A stretch of DNA of 64,000 nucleotides, from NCBI GenBank assembly GCA_001643675.2, contig LSRY02000011.1, positions 1,240,001-1,304,000 of the forward strand, in the 5' to 3' direction. Shown here piece by piece: positions 23,001 to 36,100 of the stretch. Source of the DNA: Monocercomonoides exilis PA203. Its lineage: Eukaryota; Protista; Preaxostyla. The notes beneath the pieces are model-generated. The model did not search any database. It saw only the letters and a list, made by a program, of their open reading frames with translations, and was not told the origin of the DNA. The translations under genes were made by a program, and so were the position numbers. How positions within the stretch are numbered: the first letter of the stretch is position 1; each line of letters opens with the position of its first letter.

Positions 23001-26000
23001 GCGTGTGCTGCCTTTTGTATCTGCTCCGCTTGAATGCCCCACTCCTTTCTCCTTTTGATCAATCGCTGCACCTGAAGTACTAATAGAACTCAGATTATTC
23101 TGATTCACACTGCTATTTGCATGTGACTGGGCAATGCCTCCCTGATGATTGCGATGCCTCTGTGACGCTCCTCTTGATTGGCTCGTGCTGCGCTGCCCTG
23201 CTCTTCTGGTGGACACGCCTGCCTCGTCCTCGTCGTCGGAGCCGAAGGACACATCATACTGAGCAAAGCGCTCGCTGATGTAGGAGCCCTCCCGACGACG
23301 GCGCGTGGAATAAGGCGAGGTAAAGGAAGGAGAAGAAGAGATCGACTGAGAATTCATGTCACCCACAGGCGAGGTTCCTGAGGGTGAGCCTTGTGGCGTT
23401 GGGGTGGAAGAGTACATGTAAGAGTTGGACATGGCTTTTGATAAGATGGTAGCTGATTGGTTCATTTTGCCTTCCATCGCAGGAGACACACCATTGGCTG
23501 GCTTGCCTGAACCTGCACCCGCAGCAGCTGTCTGTTGGTATCCCAATGCCATCGCAGCTTCTCCTGCATTCTGAGCAGCAAATGCTCCATCCCCTCTTCC
23601 ATCTGACGGGGTTTGTCCTTTCTTCCTCCTTCCCCTGGGCATCGACGGAGACGCCGAAGCAGACGCTGTTTGGTGCGACGAGTTCAAGTGTGCCTCAGTG
23701 GTAAAGGGCGGGTTGAGCAAAAGAGAGGCATAAGGTAGAGTTGTAATACCTGGGCAGCTGACGCCGCTGGTGGTGCTGTCGTATCTGGGGGACCGGATCA
23801 TCTCGTCCATCACTTGCACCACTGCTGGCAGGGCAAAGACGGCTCGTGCCAGCTCAATCAGCCGAGGAGAAGGAGTCGAGTCGCGTGTCTCCTGCACAGC
23901 GCCTGTGCGATGCAGAGAAAGCTCAAAGAACTCGAGTCGACCGAAACGGGGCTGTTGTTGTTGCTGTTGCTGTTGGGTGGCGGAGGAAGAGGAAGTAGAG
24001 GAAGATGCAGTTGGAATGGAAGAAGAAGAAGAAGAAGCCGTAGAAGAAGCCGAGGAGGATGAGGGAGAAAACTGAGAAGGTGTGACAGTAGCTGAAGGCG
24101 ATGCAGGCGACTGTGGATTGACCTGCGTCTTTGCTTCAGATGGGAATGGAGACTGTTGTGTGTTCTGAGCAGAAGCAGCATCGCCCTGTGACAAAGAAGA
24201 GCCATCACTTGCACGAGTATTGAAAGAACTGGTTGTATTTGTGGCATTTACAGCATTCTGAGTCAACTGCGAGTAAAGTGCTGGAGAAGGCGCAGGATTC
24301 ACTCCTCCTCTCGCAATGGCGTGGATGAGGTAGCATCTGTCTCTTCTCACTTTGATCTGCTGGGGCAGTTCTGTTTCTCTTCCACTCGCAAAGCCAGCTG
24401 CGGCTGCCACCGCTGCTGAAATTGCAGACGATGGCAGGGAAGCTGCCAAGGGAACAGCTGATAATGCAGATGCTGCAAGAGCAGTGGCATTCATCGCTTT
24501 GTTGGAGAAAGCAGATGAAGGAACAGAAGGAACAGAAGGAACAGAAGAAGCAGCAGTCGAAGCAGAAGAGACAGAAAGATCATTGAGCTGGGGCTGCTGG
24601 GCCATCTGCATTTGTGTGGGGAAGCTGCCAGCGATGGCAGGGGAGGCGCGGAGAGAAGGTGAAACGTGAAGAGGATTGATCTGTGGGGACACAGCGAATG
24701 GGGTGGATGGGATGACTGGGGAGAGGAAAGAAGGGAGAGTGGCAGAGGTTAAAGGAGAAATGAAGTGAGGAGAAATCTGAGTGCAATTCGAAAGCTGCTG
24801 CTGTTGTTGTGTGTTGAGGGCTTTATCTTCCTGTTTGATTTGTTTGAGGTTGTCTTTCTGGTGACTTGAAGCAGTCTGCTCTGCACTCACATTCATGTTC
24901 ATATTCATGTTCATATTCATATTCATCCCTCCACTCGCTCCAACATTCACATTTGTATTTGCATTTGAATTTGCATTCGAATTAGAATTAACATTAGCAT
25001 TTGAATTAGCATTTACATTAGAACTCATATTTGTATTCATATTAGCAGCAGCCGCCGCCGCCGCTGCTGCAGCCGCCTTTGCCACTGCCGAGGCAACAAT
25101 CGCTGGATTCGGCTGCATTGGCAGAGCCAGGCTCTTCTCAGGGACTGGGCGCGGGTGAGTGGAGATGATAGGGGTGGCAGAGGCAGGGCTGGTGTGGATG
25201 TGGAAAGTGGTGAGGCTGGAGATGACTTGAGTGGTGATGACGATGCGGAAGCCACGCGGAATGAGCGTCGTTGGGGCGATGTCGGGAATAGCCAGCATAC
25301 CTTCTTTGGAGCGCATGGTGCGGCGCAGGATGGCCCAGGGCTCGGGAGGGTTGTTGGCAGAAGAGGAAGAAGAGGAAGAGGAAGAAGGGGAATGATATGA
25401 GGAAGTGCGAGAAGAAGAAGAGGAGGAAAGGGAAAAGGAAGGAGATGAAGATAATAAAGAAGATGATGAGGAAGAATACGAAGATGAGCCGTGAAGTGAA
25501 GAAATGTTTGGAACAGACACAATGAAAAACCCACGTTGAGCTGCTACGTAGTGGGCGAAGGGAACAATTGGAGCAGCTGGATGGGCATTGGCAGTAAGTG
25601 AAGGTGTGGAAGCAGATGAAGCAGAAGAGGATGAAGAGGAAGAGGAGGATGAAGAGGAAGAAGAGTTCGATTGGAGAGAAGGAGAGAGTAGATTGGGAGA
25701 CAATGAAGGAGTGTAGAGATGACCCAGAGGGGACAAAGGGCGAGGGCGAGGGAGAGAGGCAGCGGTGGGCACTGCAGAGACGAGGGATTCAGGTGGCGTG
25801 TGTGGAGTGCTGATTCTGCTGTGCTTATGTTTGTGTTTGTGCTTATGTTTGTTATTAATATTAATATTATTATCATTTGTGATATCGTTTTTGTGTCTGT
25901 GTTTGTGGTGTTTTGAGTGACGTTTGTGAGAACTTTCTTTGCTGATGCTGTTGATGGCGCTGATGATGATGTCATCTGTGCCACTCCCACTGCCAATACC

Positions 26001-29000
26001 ACTGCCACTGCCACTGCTGCTTCCCAACAATTGCTGCTGTTGCGACTGCTGTTGACGAAGATGGGAGTTTTTATGTTTGTTTTTATGCTTGTTTTTGCGC
26101 TTGTGTTTATGTCTTCGTGTTTGTGTGTCTGCACGGGGCTTCAGAGCATCCTCACTGTAGAGTGGTTGAAGTGCAAGAGAAGTCAGCTGCTTTGTGGAAG
26201 TGCTGCCGTCTTCGTTGAGAGAAGAAGAAGAAGAAGATGATGATGATGAGGAGGAGGAGGAGGAAGATGATGAGAAGGAGGAAGAACAGAACGAAGATGA
26301 TGCTTCAGAATAAGAATAGGATTGTGAAGAAGAAGAAGAAAGAGTTGGTGACAAAGACATTGAAACATCTGAAGAAGCTTGTGAATGCGAGCGAATGAGT
26401 ATCTGTGATTGCGTTGAAGACAGTGAAGTGATTGAGTCAGAATAAGAAGAACGAGAAAGAGAAGAAGACAAAAGAGAAGAAGCAGAATGAGAAGAACGAG
26501 AAGAATAAGAATAAGAATTAGAAGAAGAAGCAGTTAAAGATCCTTCATCAGAGCCAACATCGATGTCCATAGAGATCACAGGGGTGTCTCCAGTTGGAGT
26601 AAACAGAGGCCCAGGAACTGAACCAGAACGCTGTGAATGTCCATCGATGTGGCTGTGTGCTTTGTGTCTGTGATGTTTTTGATTATTTTGATTATTTTGA
26701 TAATTTTGATCTATTTGTTCATTTTTGTGTAGATGATGTCTTTTGAGTCTGCTTATCCCATGCATCGCTGAAGCTGCAACAGCAGTAAGCGGTGAAGAGG
26801 ATGAGGATGAGGATGAGGATGAGGATGAAGAAGAAGAAGAAGAAGAAGAAGAAGAAGAAGAAGAAGAAGAAGAAGAAGAAGAAGCATTTTGTGCTATTTT
26901 ATCCAAATTCGCACTGTCTGCACCCGAAAAAGCAGCCAATTCAGAGCGAGCGCCATTCGCATAGGAAACACCCGGCGACCTTCCCACAGCAGTGCCTGAA
27001 GCTGATCCAGAGCCCATTACCCTCTCCGAAGCAGCCGAATCGCCCATTCCAAGAGAACTCACAAATTCCCCGGACATTCCGTGCTTCAGGCGATGGCGTG
27101 TGCCTGCATGCCTCTCCCTCACAGCCCAATGGGTTTGAGAAGAGAGAAGAGGAGTGATAAGCTCAGAAGATGCCTGCGATGTGTGTGATGCCTGTGGTGT
27201 CTGTGGAAGCTCAGCCGAGTGCACTTTGTGTCTGGCCCTGCCCCAGTTGTTCTTTCGCTTCCTCTTCTTCTTCCTCTTCGCCTGCGCAGCTGACGCAGTT
27301 GATGCAGTTGATGCAGCTGATGGCGATGACGATGGCAATGGAGATGAAAATAATGGAGATTGCAATTGTGATGTTGATGCTAATGATGCTGATGATGATG
27401 GCAACAACATCGATGATCCATTCATTTCCTGCCCCTTTGCTAGCGACGAAGGCACAGCCGAAGAAGCTGTTGGGCTGCGGGTGGGGTGTGCTGCCGCATC
27501 CAGCTTCGACACTTGCGCCCTCACAGAAGAAGAAGAGGTTTCCTCAAAAAAAGGCCCCTTCGGGTTGAGTGTTGTTGATGATGATGATGATAAAGATGAA
27601 GATGATGAAGAAGTTGATAAGTTAGCCTGGGAAGGCGATTGTGAATCAACCATATTCCGTGCTCTTCCTTGTCTGTGCTGACCTCCCCAGTTCTGTTCAG
27701 ATGAAGGTGTATCGCTCTCTTGCTCGTCTCCCTCTCGTCTGTTATAGTTGCTTCCTCCTCTGCTTCGTCTGCTATTTGTGGATGAGTTCTGACTGTTGTC
27801 TGAATCCCCAATTGTTCCACCGTTTCTTCCGCTCCCACTCCCACTGCCACTGCCACTGCCGCTGGCTGTGTGGCTGCTGGACGATTCATATTCACTCGAA
27901 TTCTCTTCCATCTCTGAGCTCGTCCGGCTTCTAAAACTGCTGCTGTTGCTGCTGCTGCTGTTGATGTTGCTTCTATTGATCCCAATGGTTATCTGGTTAT
28001 TTTGATGTCTGTGTTGATGAGAATGAGTATGAATACGATTGTGAGTGTGTGAATGATGGTGAATGCTCTCAATATCTGACTGAAAGTGCTCTATCATCTG
28101 GATGGACGAGTCTGGGGACGACGATGGTGAAAGTGAAGGAGAAGGAGAAGGTGAAGGTGTCAGCACAGAAAACGGCTGAATCGGCGAATGCAGTGCAGAG
28201 TGGGAGAAATACGATGAGTCGTATGCCCTGTCACCAACACCTGAGGATGACAGAGAAGAAGAAAGAGAAGAAGACAGAGAAGAAGTTGGCTGTGGAGATT
28301 GTGAAGCCAGCGGATCTTCGTCCACACTCGCCAGCTGCATTGTGTGCTGTGGGGATGGATGGGCAATCTGAAGTGAGGCAGCAGCAGCAGAAGGAGAAGA
28401 AGAAGCAGAAGAGATAGAAGAAGAAGAAGAAGATGCACTGTTTGATAAACCAAGTGAGTGCGGATGTGGCTGGATGCTGCTTGAATAGGAAACATCATCC
28501 TCCAGCCACGAGGGAGGAGGGCTCGGTGGATTCTCTCTTTCTCTTTCTCTTTCTCTCTCACTGTGTGTATGTGCGTGAGTGTGGTGCATCCCATCGGGGG
28601 AGAACAAAGTGCCTGGGTCTGATCCTGAAGTGAAAGAGAACACTGTGTCGTGATGTGTGTAGGCAAATGTCGGAGACTCAGAAATTTCTGGCCCCATCCC
28701 TTGCTCGGTGCTGAGGCGCTTGTGCTGCTGCTTCCACTTGAACATCACACTCGTCGACTTCCCTTTCCCAAAGCCGCTCTGCTCCCCTTCAAAATAGCCC
28801 TCGCTCTTCTCGCTGCTCCCGCCTGACCCGTTTGTTGCACTGCTCTCGTTCTCTACCTCTGCTTCGTCCTCTTCACCTCTTCCTTTCTTTTCTTTCCTGC
28901 TGTTTCTTGCCTTCTCTCCTGTTGCCTGCTCATCCGCCTGGACTTTCAACAGCTTCTCAGCAGGCGCCCCTAAAAAATCCCCTTCTTCTCTCTTCACCCG

Positions 29001-30664
29001 CTTTTTAGCGCTTCTCAGCTGCTCTTCCCAAATCGACTCACTTTCTGTCTTCGGGCTCTGCATACTCTGCATACTCTGAATGCTTTGAATACTTTCGTCT
29101 TCGTCGTCTTCTTTCTCGCTCATCATCTGCTGCTCTTGTTTCTGCTGCCCTTCCTGCTTCCCTTGCTGCTTTGCGTGTTTGTGCTTCGTGTGCAGGTCTG
29201 CTTCGTGTCTTTTCTCCTTCCGGCCAACCAGCTGGAACAGCGACTGTGCTCCTTCTGACTCGTCACCGGCCTGCGGAGAAAGCGAGGCCACTTTCAGAAG
29301 TCCCCCAACAACACTCTTGTCGTCCATCTGGAACATTGAGACATTCGCTTGGCTCGGCTCATGCCCCTTTTCAGATGCGGAGGCAGTTGTTGCTTCAGAC
29401 TGGAGGTGCTGTATGGCCTCAATTGCTTGGAGGGATTGCTCGCTTCTCTCAGACACACCAAACAGCGGGTGCCTGTTCAGTGTGATTGACACAGCGTCGT
29501 CGGAGCTCTTGATCTGCTCTGTTTGTGCTGCAAACCCCTGCGGAGAATGAGAATCGCGTTGGAGGGGAGATGAATGAGACTTGGCAAGAGAGGGAAATGA
29601 AGAGGCAGGCAATGGAGGCGTAGTCATTGACAGCGTGTCCATTGCAAATTCCTGAAGCGCACGCTCTCGCTCATATCCTTCGCCCACGGGAAAATCATCA
29701 GACTGATCGTTTATGGATAGAGACGAGGGCAAACGACTGCTGTTGTTGCGTTCGAAAAACGGGTGCATCTGAAAAAGTGATTGATTAGAAGTTGAGGTGG
29801 TTGAAAGTGGAATGCGACTACTTTGCTGAATTTGTTGATAAAAGGCACTTGAGGGGGAAATAGATGTGCCGGGCGATAACGGAGTTCCTACTGTTTGTGC
29901 AGGTTGCTGAGAAGGAGATAACGGAGAGAGAAAAGAATTTGTGGGGGTTCTCGATTGATTAATTGGATACAAAAACTGAGCGACTCCTGGAGACACCGAA
30001 CTTCCAAAAGGAAATTGCTGAGGAATTGCCGAAGGAGATGATGGTGAGATGCCAACTGATGGATGAGGTGATTCAGATGATGAAGATTCATAAGACATCA
30101 TTGAAAGACCCGGCTGACCAGATAACATAGAAAAATAATTTGATCCTTCGTTAGAAGTTGTCGATTGCACATTTACTTGTGGAAGCCCTTGCATTGAAAT
30201 TACGGATGCTTGAAGAAAAGCAGCTGATTATCATAATGATTTCAAAAAAGTAATTTTTCAAAAAATACATTATAAAATTTTAAAATACATTTAAATGTCT
30301 CAACCTTTGAATCTAACAAATGCATCAATTACATCATCTATTAATTGTGGAAGACGAGGGTCATCCTAACAATTAAGTTGAACGTTTTATTTGTTGATGC
30401 GCGAAATTGAAGCATAATTTCATATTCAACATTTTCAAATAAGTTGACAATAACACTTGCAAAATCTAGACAATGAAATCAAATAGAGCAAACCTTTTCG
30501 TGTTCAAGAGTCGTGATTTTTTGGTCCAACTTATAAAACATATGATATTTAATTACCTTTAAAATGTTAGTCAATCATACCTCTTGAAAGGATGCAGATA
30601 TTTGTGAACCAAGATCAGATTGCTCAGAACCAGGATCAGGAACATCCTTGTCCGAGGAATCCAT
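20004..30664 (-). CDS. Very large (~3,470 aa) Ser/Gln/His-rich low-complexity protein, function unknown
   Basis: 10.2-kb open final exon. Three short upstream exons splice in frame (MDSSDKD..SFQE | LDQKITTLEHEK | DDPRLPQLIDDVIDAFVRFK). Basic NLS-like tracts. Confidence 0.8.
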
Positions 30665-30929
30665 CTTTACTTAAAATCCACATAAGCCCACAATTCAAAT
30701 AATCGTAGATTATGTTGTGGGATAAACTTAATGAAAAGTTATTCTTTTGTTATTTCTTTTATCAATTTTAATTGTAACTAAATATAATTATTTTAAATTC
30801 ATTTTGTACCTCCAAAATATGAAACATAAAAAGAAAAAAAGGAAAAAAAAAATTCGAATATTCTGTTAATGGCTATCCAATTGTTCTTTATAAAAAAAGA
30901 TAACACTGAGCGAGATGATATTTTATTGC

Positions 30930-31571
30930 TTAAACAACACCAATCTTGTTAGCAACATCAAGAGCTTCATACTGAGGCAGGAGTCGGATGTATGCTTTCT
31001 TTTCTCCCTTGGGACTAAAAAAACAAGTTTTAGAAAAAAAATACAAACACATGAACAAAAACTTTATGAAGCAAACGTAATAAGAGTATTAATCTTGCGA
31101 ATCTTAACGTTATACAACTTTTCAAAAGCTCTCTTAATCTTTGGTTTTGATGCACTCATTGAAACGATGAAAACAAGAGTGTTCAATTTTTCAACTTTTT
31201 GCATAGCTGACTCTGTTGTGACTGGATAGCGAATGAGATCGTAGAAGTCGTGTCCTTTGATTGGAGCAGCAGATTTACGTGGGAATTTTGGCTTTCTGCG
31301 AAGATATAAAGTTTTTGGGCGTCTGAAATGGACTGATCTGCGGATTTTGTGTTGTTTCGCTAATTAAGTTTGACGTAAAATGAGAATATTATCATTCATG
31401 CACGAAACAAATTTCACGTGTAATAAAAAGACAAAAAATAATAAAAGCCAATTATTTTTTGTAATTAACAGTAAAACATGCAGCGTTCAATAAAAAAACA
31501 CATAAAAACATCATTTATTTTCAATCCATCTTCGAATAAAATCAATACAACGAACCTCTGACTGTTCTCAT
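30930..31571 (-). CDS. RPL23A: 60S ribosomal protein L23a (uL23), spliced; first exon tentative
   Basis: [54 protein letters not shown]|[27 protein letters not shown]. Introns ~31015-31076 and 31360-31555. Confidence 0.93.
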
Positions 31572-31789
31572 CTCGATAAATCAGGATGAATATTCCGTAA
31601 GTGATAACAGATCAGTTCAAAAGAAAAAACGAAAAAGGGAATAATATTCCGCAAGTTGACGCTGTCATTTGATCAAACATTGAAATGGAAAGTGTGCAAC
31701 AATGAGAAAGTGTTGAATTGGATTAATAAAGTTGTTATTGCTATAGATAACAACCATGTTGATTGAAAAAAGAATTTTTGAGAAAAAAA

Positions 31790-32176
31790 ATGAGTGAGGA
31801 TGAGACTGAAATAAAGAATTTTTTTTTATTCTTTTTTTCAATCTCTAGCTTATTTATAATCTCATTATTCTTTCTTTTTGCTTCGTATGATATATTCTCA
31901 GGTGAACTAGAATACTTCGATATTATGCGTCTTCGGGGTGGTGGGAAAAAGCACAAAAAGAAGGTTTACACAACCCCCAAGAAGATTAAGCATAAGAAGA
32001 AGAAGGTTAAGCTCGCAGTTTTGAAATATTATAAAATTCGCGACGATGGCAGTATAATTCACACCCGACCTGAATGCAAGAACTGTGGCGCAGGAGTTTT
32101 CATGGCGCAGCATGAAAATCGTGTAACATGCGGTAAATGTGGATTAACATATGCTACAGCAAAACCAAAAGCTTGA
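31790..32176 (+). CDS. RPS27A: 40S ribosomal protein S27a (eS31) with only a vestigial ubiquitin-like leader
   Basis: [50 protein letters not shown]. The start is either ATG 31790 with intron 31794-31901 or the Met directly before RLRGG. Confidence 0.93.
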   Translation: MSEDETEIKNFFLFFFSISSLFIISLFFLFASYDIFSGELEYFDIMRLRGGGKKHKKKVYTTPKKIKHKKKKVKLAVLKYYKIRDDGSIIHTRPECKNCGAGVFMAQHENRVTCGKCGLTYATAKPKA

Positions 32177-33163
32177 AATTATTAGTGAATATTAGAAGCT
32201 ACACTTCAAAACACTTCTTGCGCATTTAAAAGGGGGAAAAAAATATAAATATTTTAACTCATATGTTTTGTTTAAATTATTTAATTTTTTTTCATCAAAC
32301 AAATGCTTTTTTAATAAGTAAAATTCACAAAAAGCCTCATCAAATGGACTTCAAGTTGAGATATTTATGAAATGAATAAACTTTTAATTCAAGAAAATCA
32401 CGCATTGAAAAAGATAAATTGAAACTTTTTCTATTTTTATTGCAATCATTTTTCAATTTCAAGTTGGAATTAATATTTAAAAATGCATAGAATTTGTCAA
32501 TTATTAGTGCATTAACACAATTATCATACTAAATAATTGCTTTCGTGAATATGGAAATTTTAAAAATGGAAAAATGATAAGTGCTTATAAAGAAGAAATT
32601 TGAACTTCGGAAGGAAAAGAGAACGAAAGAAGCATTTCTCTTCTTCATGAAAGATTGGATTGTCTTTAAAGAAAATGATATTTTGAATGACGAATCAGGC
32701 ATTCTGATAACTACGTGAACGCTTTTGAAAATGATGTTCATTTCGTTCTGTATCCAGATTTATTTTTTAACTTCATTCATACATACACATACACACAAAC
32801 GCCCGATTTATTTTATTTTATATAATTTTATTTTTATAACATTATTTCCTTCTGTTTGCAGGTGCAATACACATCAACAGAAAAACACGATAAATGTTCT
32901 ATAAAATTCCATATTTACCTATTTTCTTCAGATAAACAGCTTTTAAACAGCTTGCGAAAAAAACTATCAAACTCATTCTTAAAAAAAATACAACAAATCC
33001 CAAAATTAGCGTGCTCCGTTAGCCCACATCTTATGCTCACACTCATTTCAAAATCCAACAAAGTGAATTTCAGCTATGATCAAAATTGAGGCAAATATGT
33101 TGAATAATTTTCTTTCTCCACGTTTCGTGTTCATGTTTGGAATAAACCTCTTATTTTTAGCTC

Positions 33164-36100
33164 TCATCCATTGCTAAACTTGTCTTTCATTTCATTCACT
33201 TCCTTTTCCACTTCCTTTTCACATTCTTTGCTCTCTCTGTCTTCATCCTGCTCTTCACTGCTTTCCTTAAGCAGGATTGCATCTGTCATCGTCACAACAA
33301 ATGTCCTATCTGGAAACAGTCCAACTAGCTCTTTCTTCACTTCAGTGAGCGTTGGTCTTTTCGATGCCTCTGCTGACAGACACGCATCCACAACATTCCT
33401 CAATCCACTCTCTTCAATCCCCCTCTCATCTGGCTTCTCTCCATCAGCAATCTTCTGCCCTGCCACTTCCCCTTCGTATTCTCCAAATGGGATCTCGAGT
33501 GTCACACACTCCCACAGCATCATCCCAATCGAGAATGCCACCGACTTCTCTGTTGCTCCCATCTTCCTGTTCATCACCAGCTCTGGCGCCTTCCACCTCA
33601 AGCACTCCTTCCACTTCTCCTCCTCATCCTCAAACGCTGATGATGGCAGAGAATGTCTTTCATCATCATCATTATCATCATCACTTGCAGATGTCACAAT
33701 CGTGGTTGATGAGATTGAGGATGGATCTGAATCATCAGATGAAGAGGAGCAGTCGGAGTGGAGGGCAATGCAGATCACCATGTGCTCTGACAGCAGCACA
33801 ATGAGCGGACTCAGGTTCGACAAAGAGGGAAGTTCATCTTCCTCATCTTCAAGCGAGTGGAGTGCCCCATTCGCCACCCAGAACAGGATCTGTGCTCCTG
33901 TCAACTCCCTTTCCTGAGGAGTGCCAATTGCCATCTCCTTCTTCTCGTTCCTCCCATGAAGCAACATGAACAGCGAATCCCTCAAATCAACAATCAGCTT
34001 CTCATGAGGCGAGGAGCAGGCCATGGCATCCACCAGATTGGACATGGATGAAGTGGTCGGGCACAGATCCTCCCCACGAACAAATGTTGAATCTGAATCA
34101 GTTGTTGAAGTTGTTGAAGTGGAAGGCGATGGCATTCGCTTTCTTGTTTCCTCCTCTTCTTTTTCGTCAACTTTTTCCAGCACCCATTCTGGGACCTTGT
34201 CCGAGTCTCTTCCAAGAATATATTCTATTGATCCACTCTCACTCAGCAAATGCTCTGATGACTCTGAATGTCCCAAGCTTTTCTCATACACTCTCTTTTT
34301 TATCCTCTCTTCGTTTTTCTTCTCCGCCTCCCTTTCCGCTCTCCTCCACTGCTCTTCAGGTGACATCTCCATTGTAACCATCTCGATTAACTTTGGATCC
34401 TTTCTCACTGAATCGTTCACAATCCCTTCCAATTCTTCTGTACGCCTTTTTTGCTTTCTCCATCGAACAATGAATACTATGGAAACAATCAGAACAATTA
34501 GTAATATGATTCCCATGAATATTACAATCAACAACAAATAAGATTTCCCTTCTTTTCCCCCTTCAGCAATTCTTTCATCATCTTTTGGTGGAGAAATACT
34601 TGAATTTTTCAGAATTATTGATTTTGCTGATGATGGAGAATTTGAGTTTCCAAACAAAATTGAAACACTCACTTCTATTTCATCTCCACAACTGCTGATA
34701 AGATCTTTTGCCGCACTTCCTTCTGCTTCTCTTTCGGATAAAAACCCATTTGAATCAAAATCATAATGTTCAATCTCTTTCTCTTCTCCCTTTCTCTTCA
34801 CAACCGAGAAGGTCAGATTGCATGGAACAAGAAGCAATCCTTTGAATATCAGCTTCATTCTATCTGTGGTTTCTTTTGCTTCCGCACTCTCCAGAACAGG
34901 AATGAAAAACGATGAATCCCTTTCTGAAACAATCCCTTCAAAGCTGCACCCTTCATTCAACATCCAAAGTGATGTATTATCCTTCAATCCATCTCCTCCT
35001 TTCAAACTCATCACATTCAATGTTCCAGAATCAAAACAAATGATGTTTCTTCTCAGTGATGGATATCCTTCAATTGATGGATTGTTATTCATAAACTCTC
35101 CTTTCTCAATTATCACATTTCCTCCACTCATTGTTATTCCCCCCTCAGCTGAATTCGAAATTGTTGAAACTTTCATCATCACTGAACTCTTCACAACATC
35201 CACAAGAGATCCTTCCCATCTGCACATCTCTTCTTCTGTATTTGAATTCTTTTCATTTCTTTCATTTGAACTCCCATCAAAAATGCAACTGTCCATTTTC
35301 ACATCCAAACAATCCTCCAATTTCATCAATTTTCCTTTTGTGGCGTTTGAACTGACTCCACTGATTGTGCAATTTGTCAACTGAATTGCCTTTTTCATTG
35401 ACAAGCAAGATATCAATGATTCTTCATTTCCCTCAACTGTGTTATTTTCTGAATGAAACTTTTCCATGTTTAATTGCCAACATTCATTAATATCCATCAG
35501 AGAAGTTTCTATTGTTGAATTGCAAATCGTTAACGAATCAATTACTGATGGAAGAGAAGATGTAAGATATAATGCTGATTTATGAAGAATGAGATTTGAT
35601 ATTGTGCATCCATCAAGTTGTAATTCTCCTTTTGCCATATTTAAAATGTGAAATGGAATGTTTGCAAATGCTGAGTTTCCTTCTCCTCTTAATTGTTTTG
35701 TTGCGAATGAACAATTCATTATCTCGAGAATGCCTCCTTCTGGAGACATCAATGATTCATGTGAAGAAATGAAATTCGAATCAAACACAAAGTTCAATCT
35801 CAACAATGAAACTGTTCCACTTGTTATCATCAATGCCTCTCTTGTTCTTGAAATTCCTGATTTCACTTCAACTTCACATATCTCTCTGCTCTTCGAACTT
35901 AAACTCATTTCCTTCAAATCTAATTCTCCTTCAATCACGCTCTCTTTAACAACGAACATAAGACTCATGAAATCTGATGCCAAGTGCATCAGCCCATAAT
36001 CAATCGAATCACACGGAAGAGTGTTGGTTCCACATTGCCTTTCATCCGATCCATTCACACTGCTCACAATGATTGTGTCACCCTGATAGATAGTCACAAA

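Noticed and set aside
20039-30091. Dozens of antisense or off-frame ORFs inside the giant gene (likewise at 33-42 kb and 57-64 kb)
   Set aside because: Shadow ORFs expected from stop-poor Ser/Ala/Gln codon repeats.
31360-31700. Intronic or intergenic box C/D snoRNA near RPL23A
   Set aside because: Partial box-like words only, with no convincing C/D pair or rRNA guide by eye.
32529-33089. Short ORFs between RPS27A and the receptor gene
   Set aside because: No recognisable motifs or consistent exon structure.
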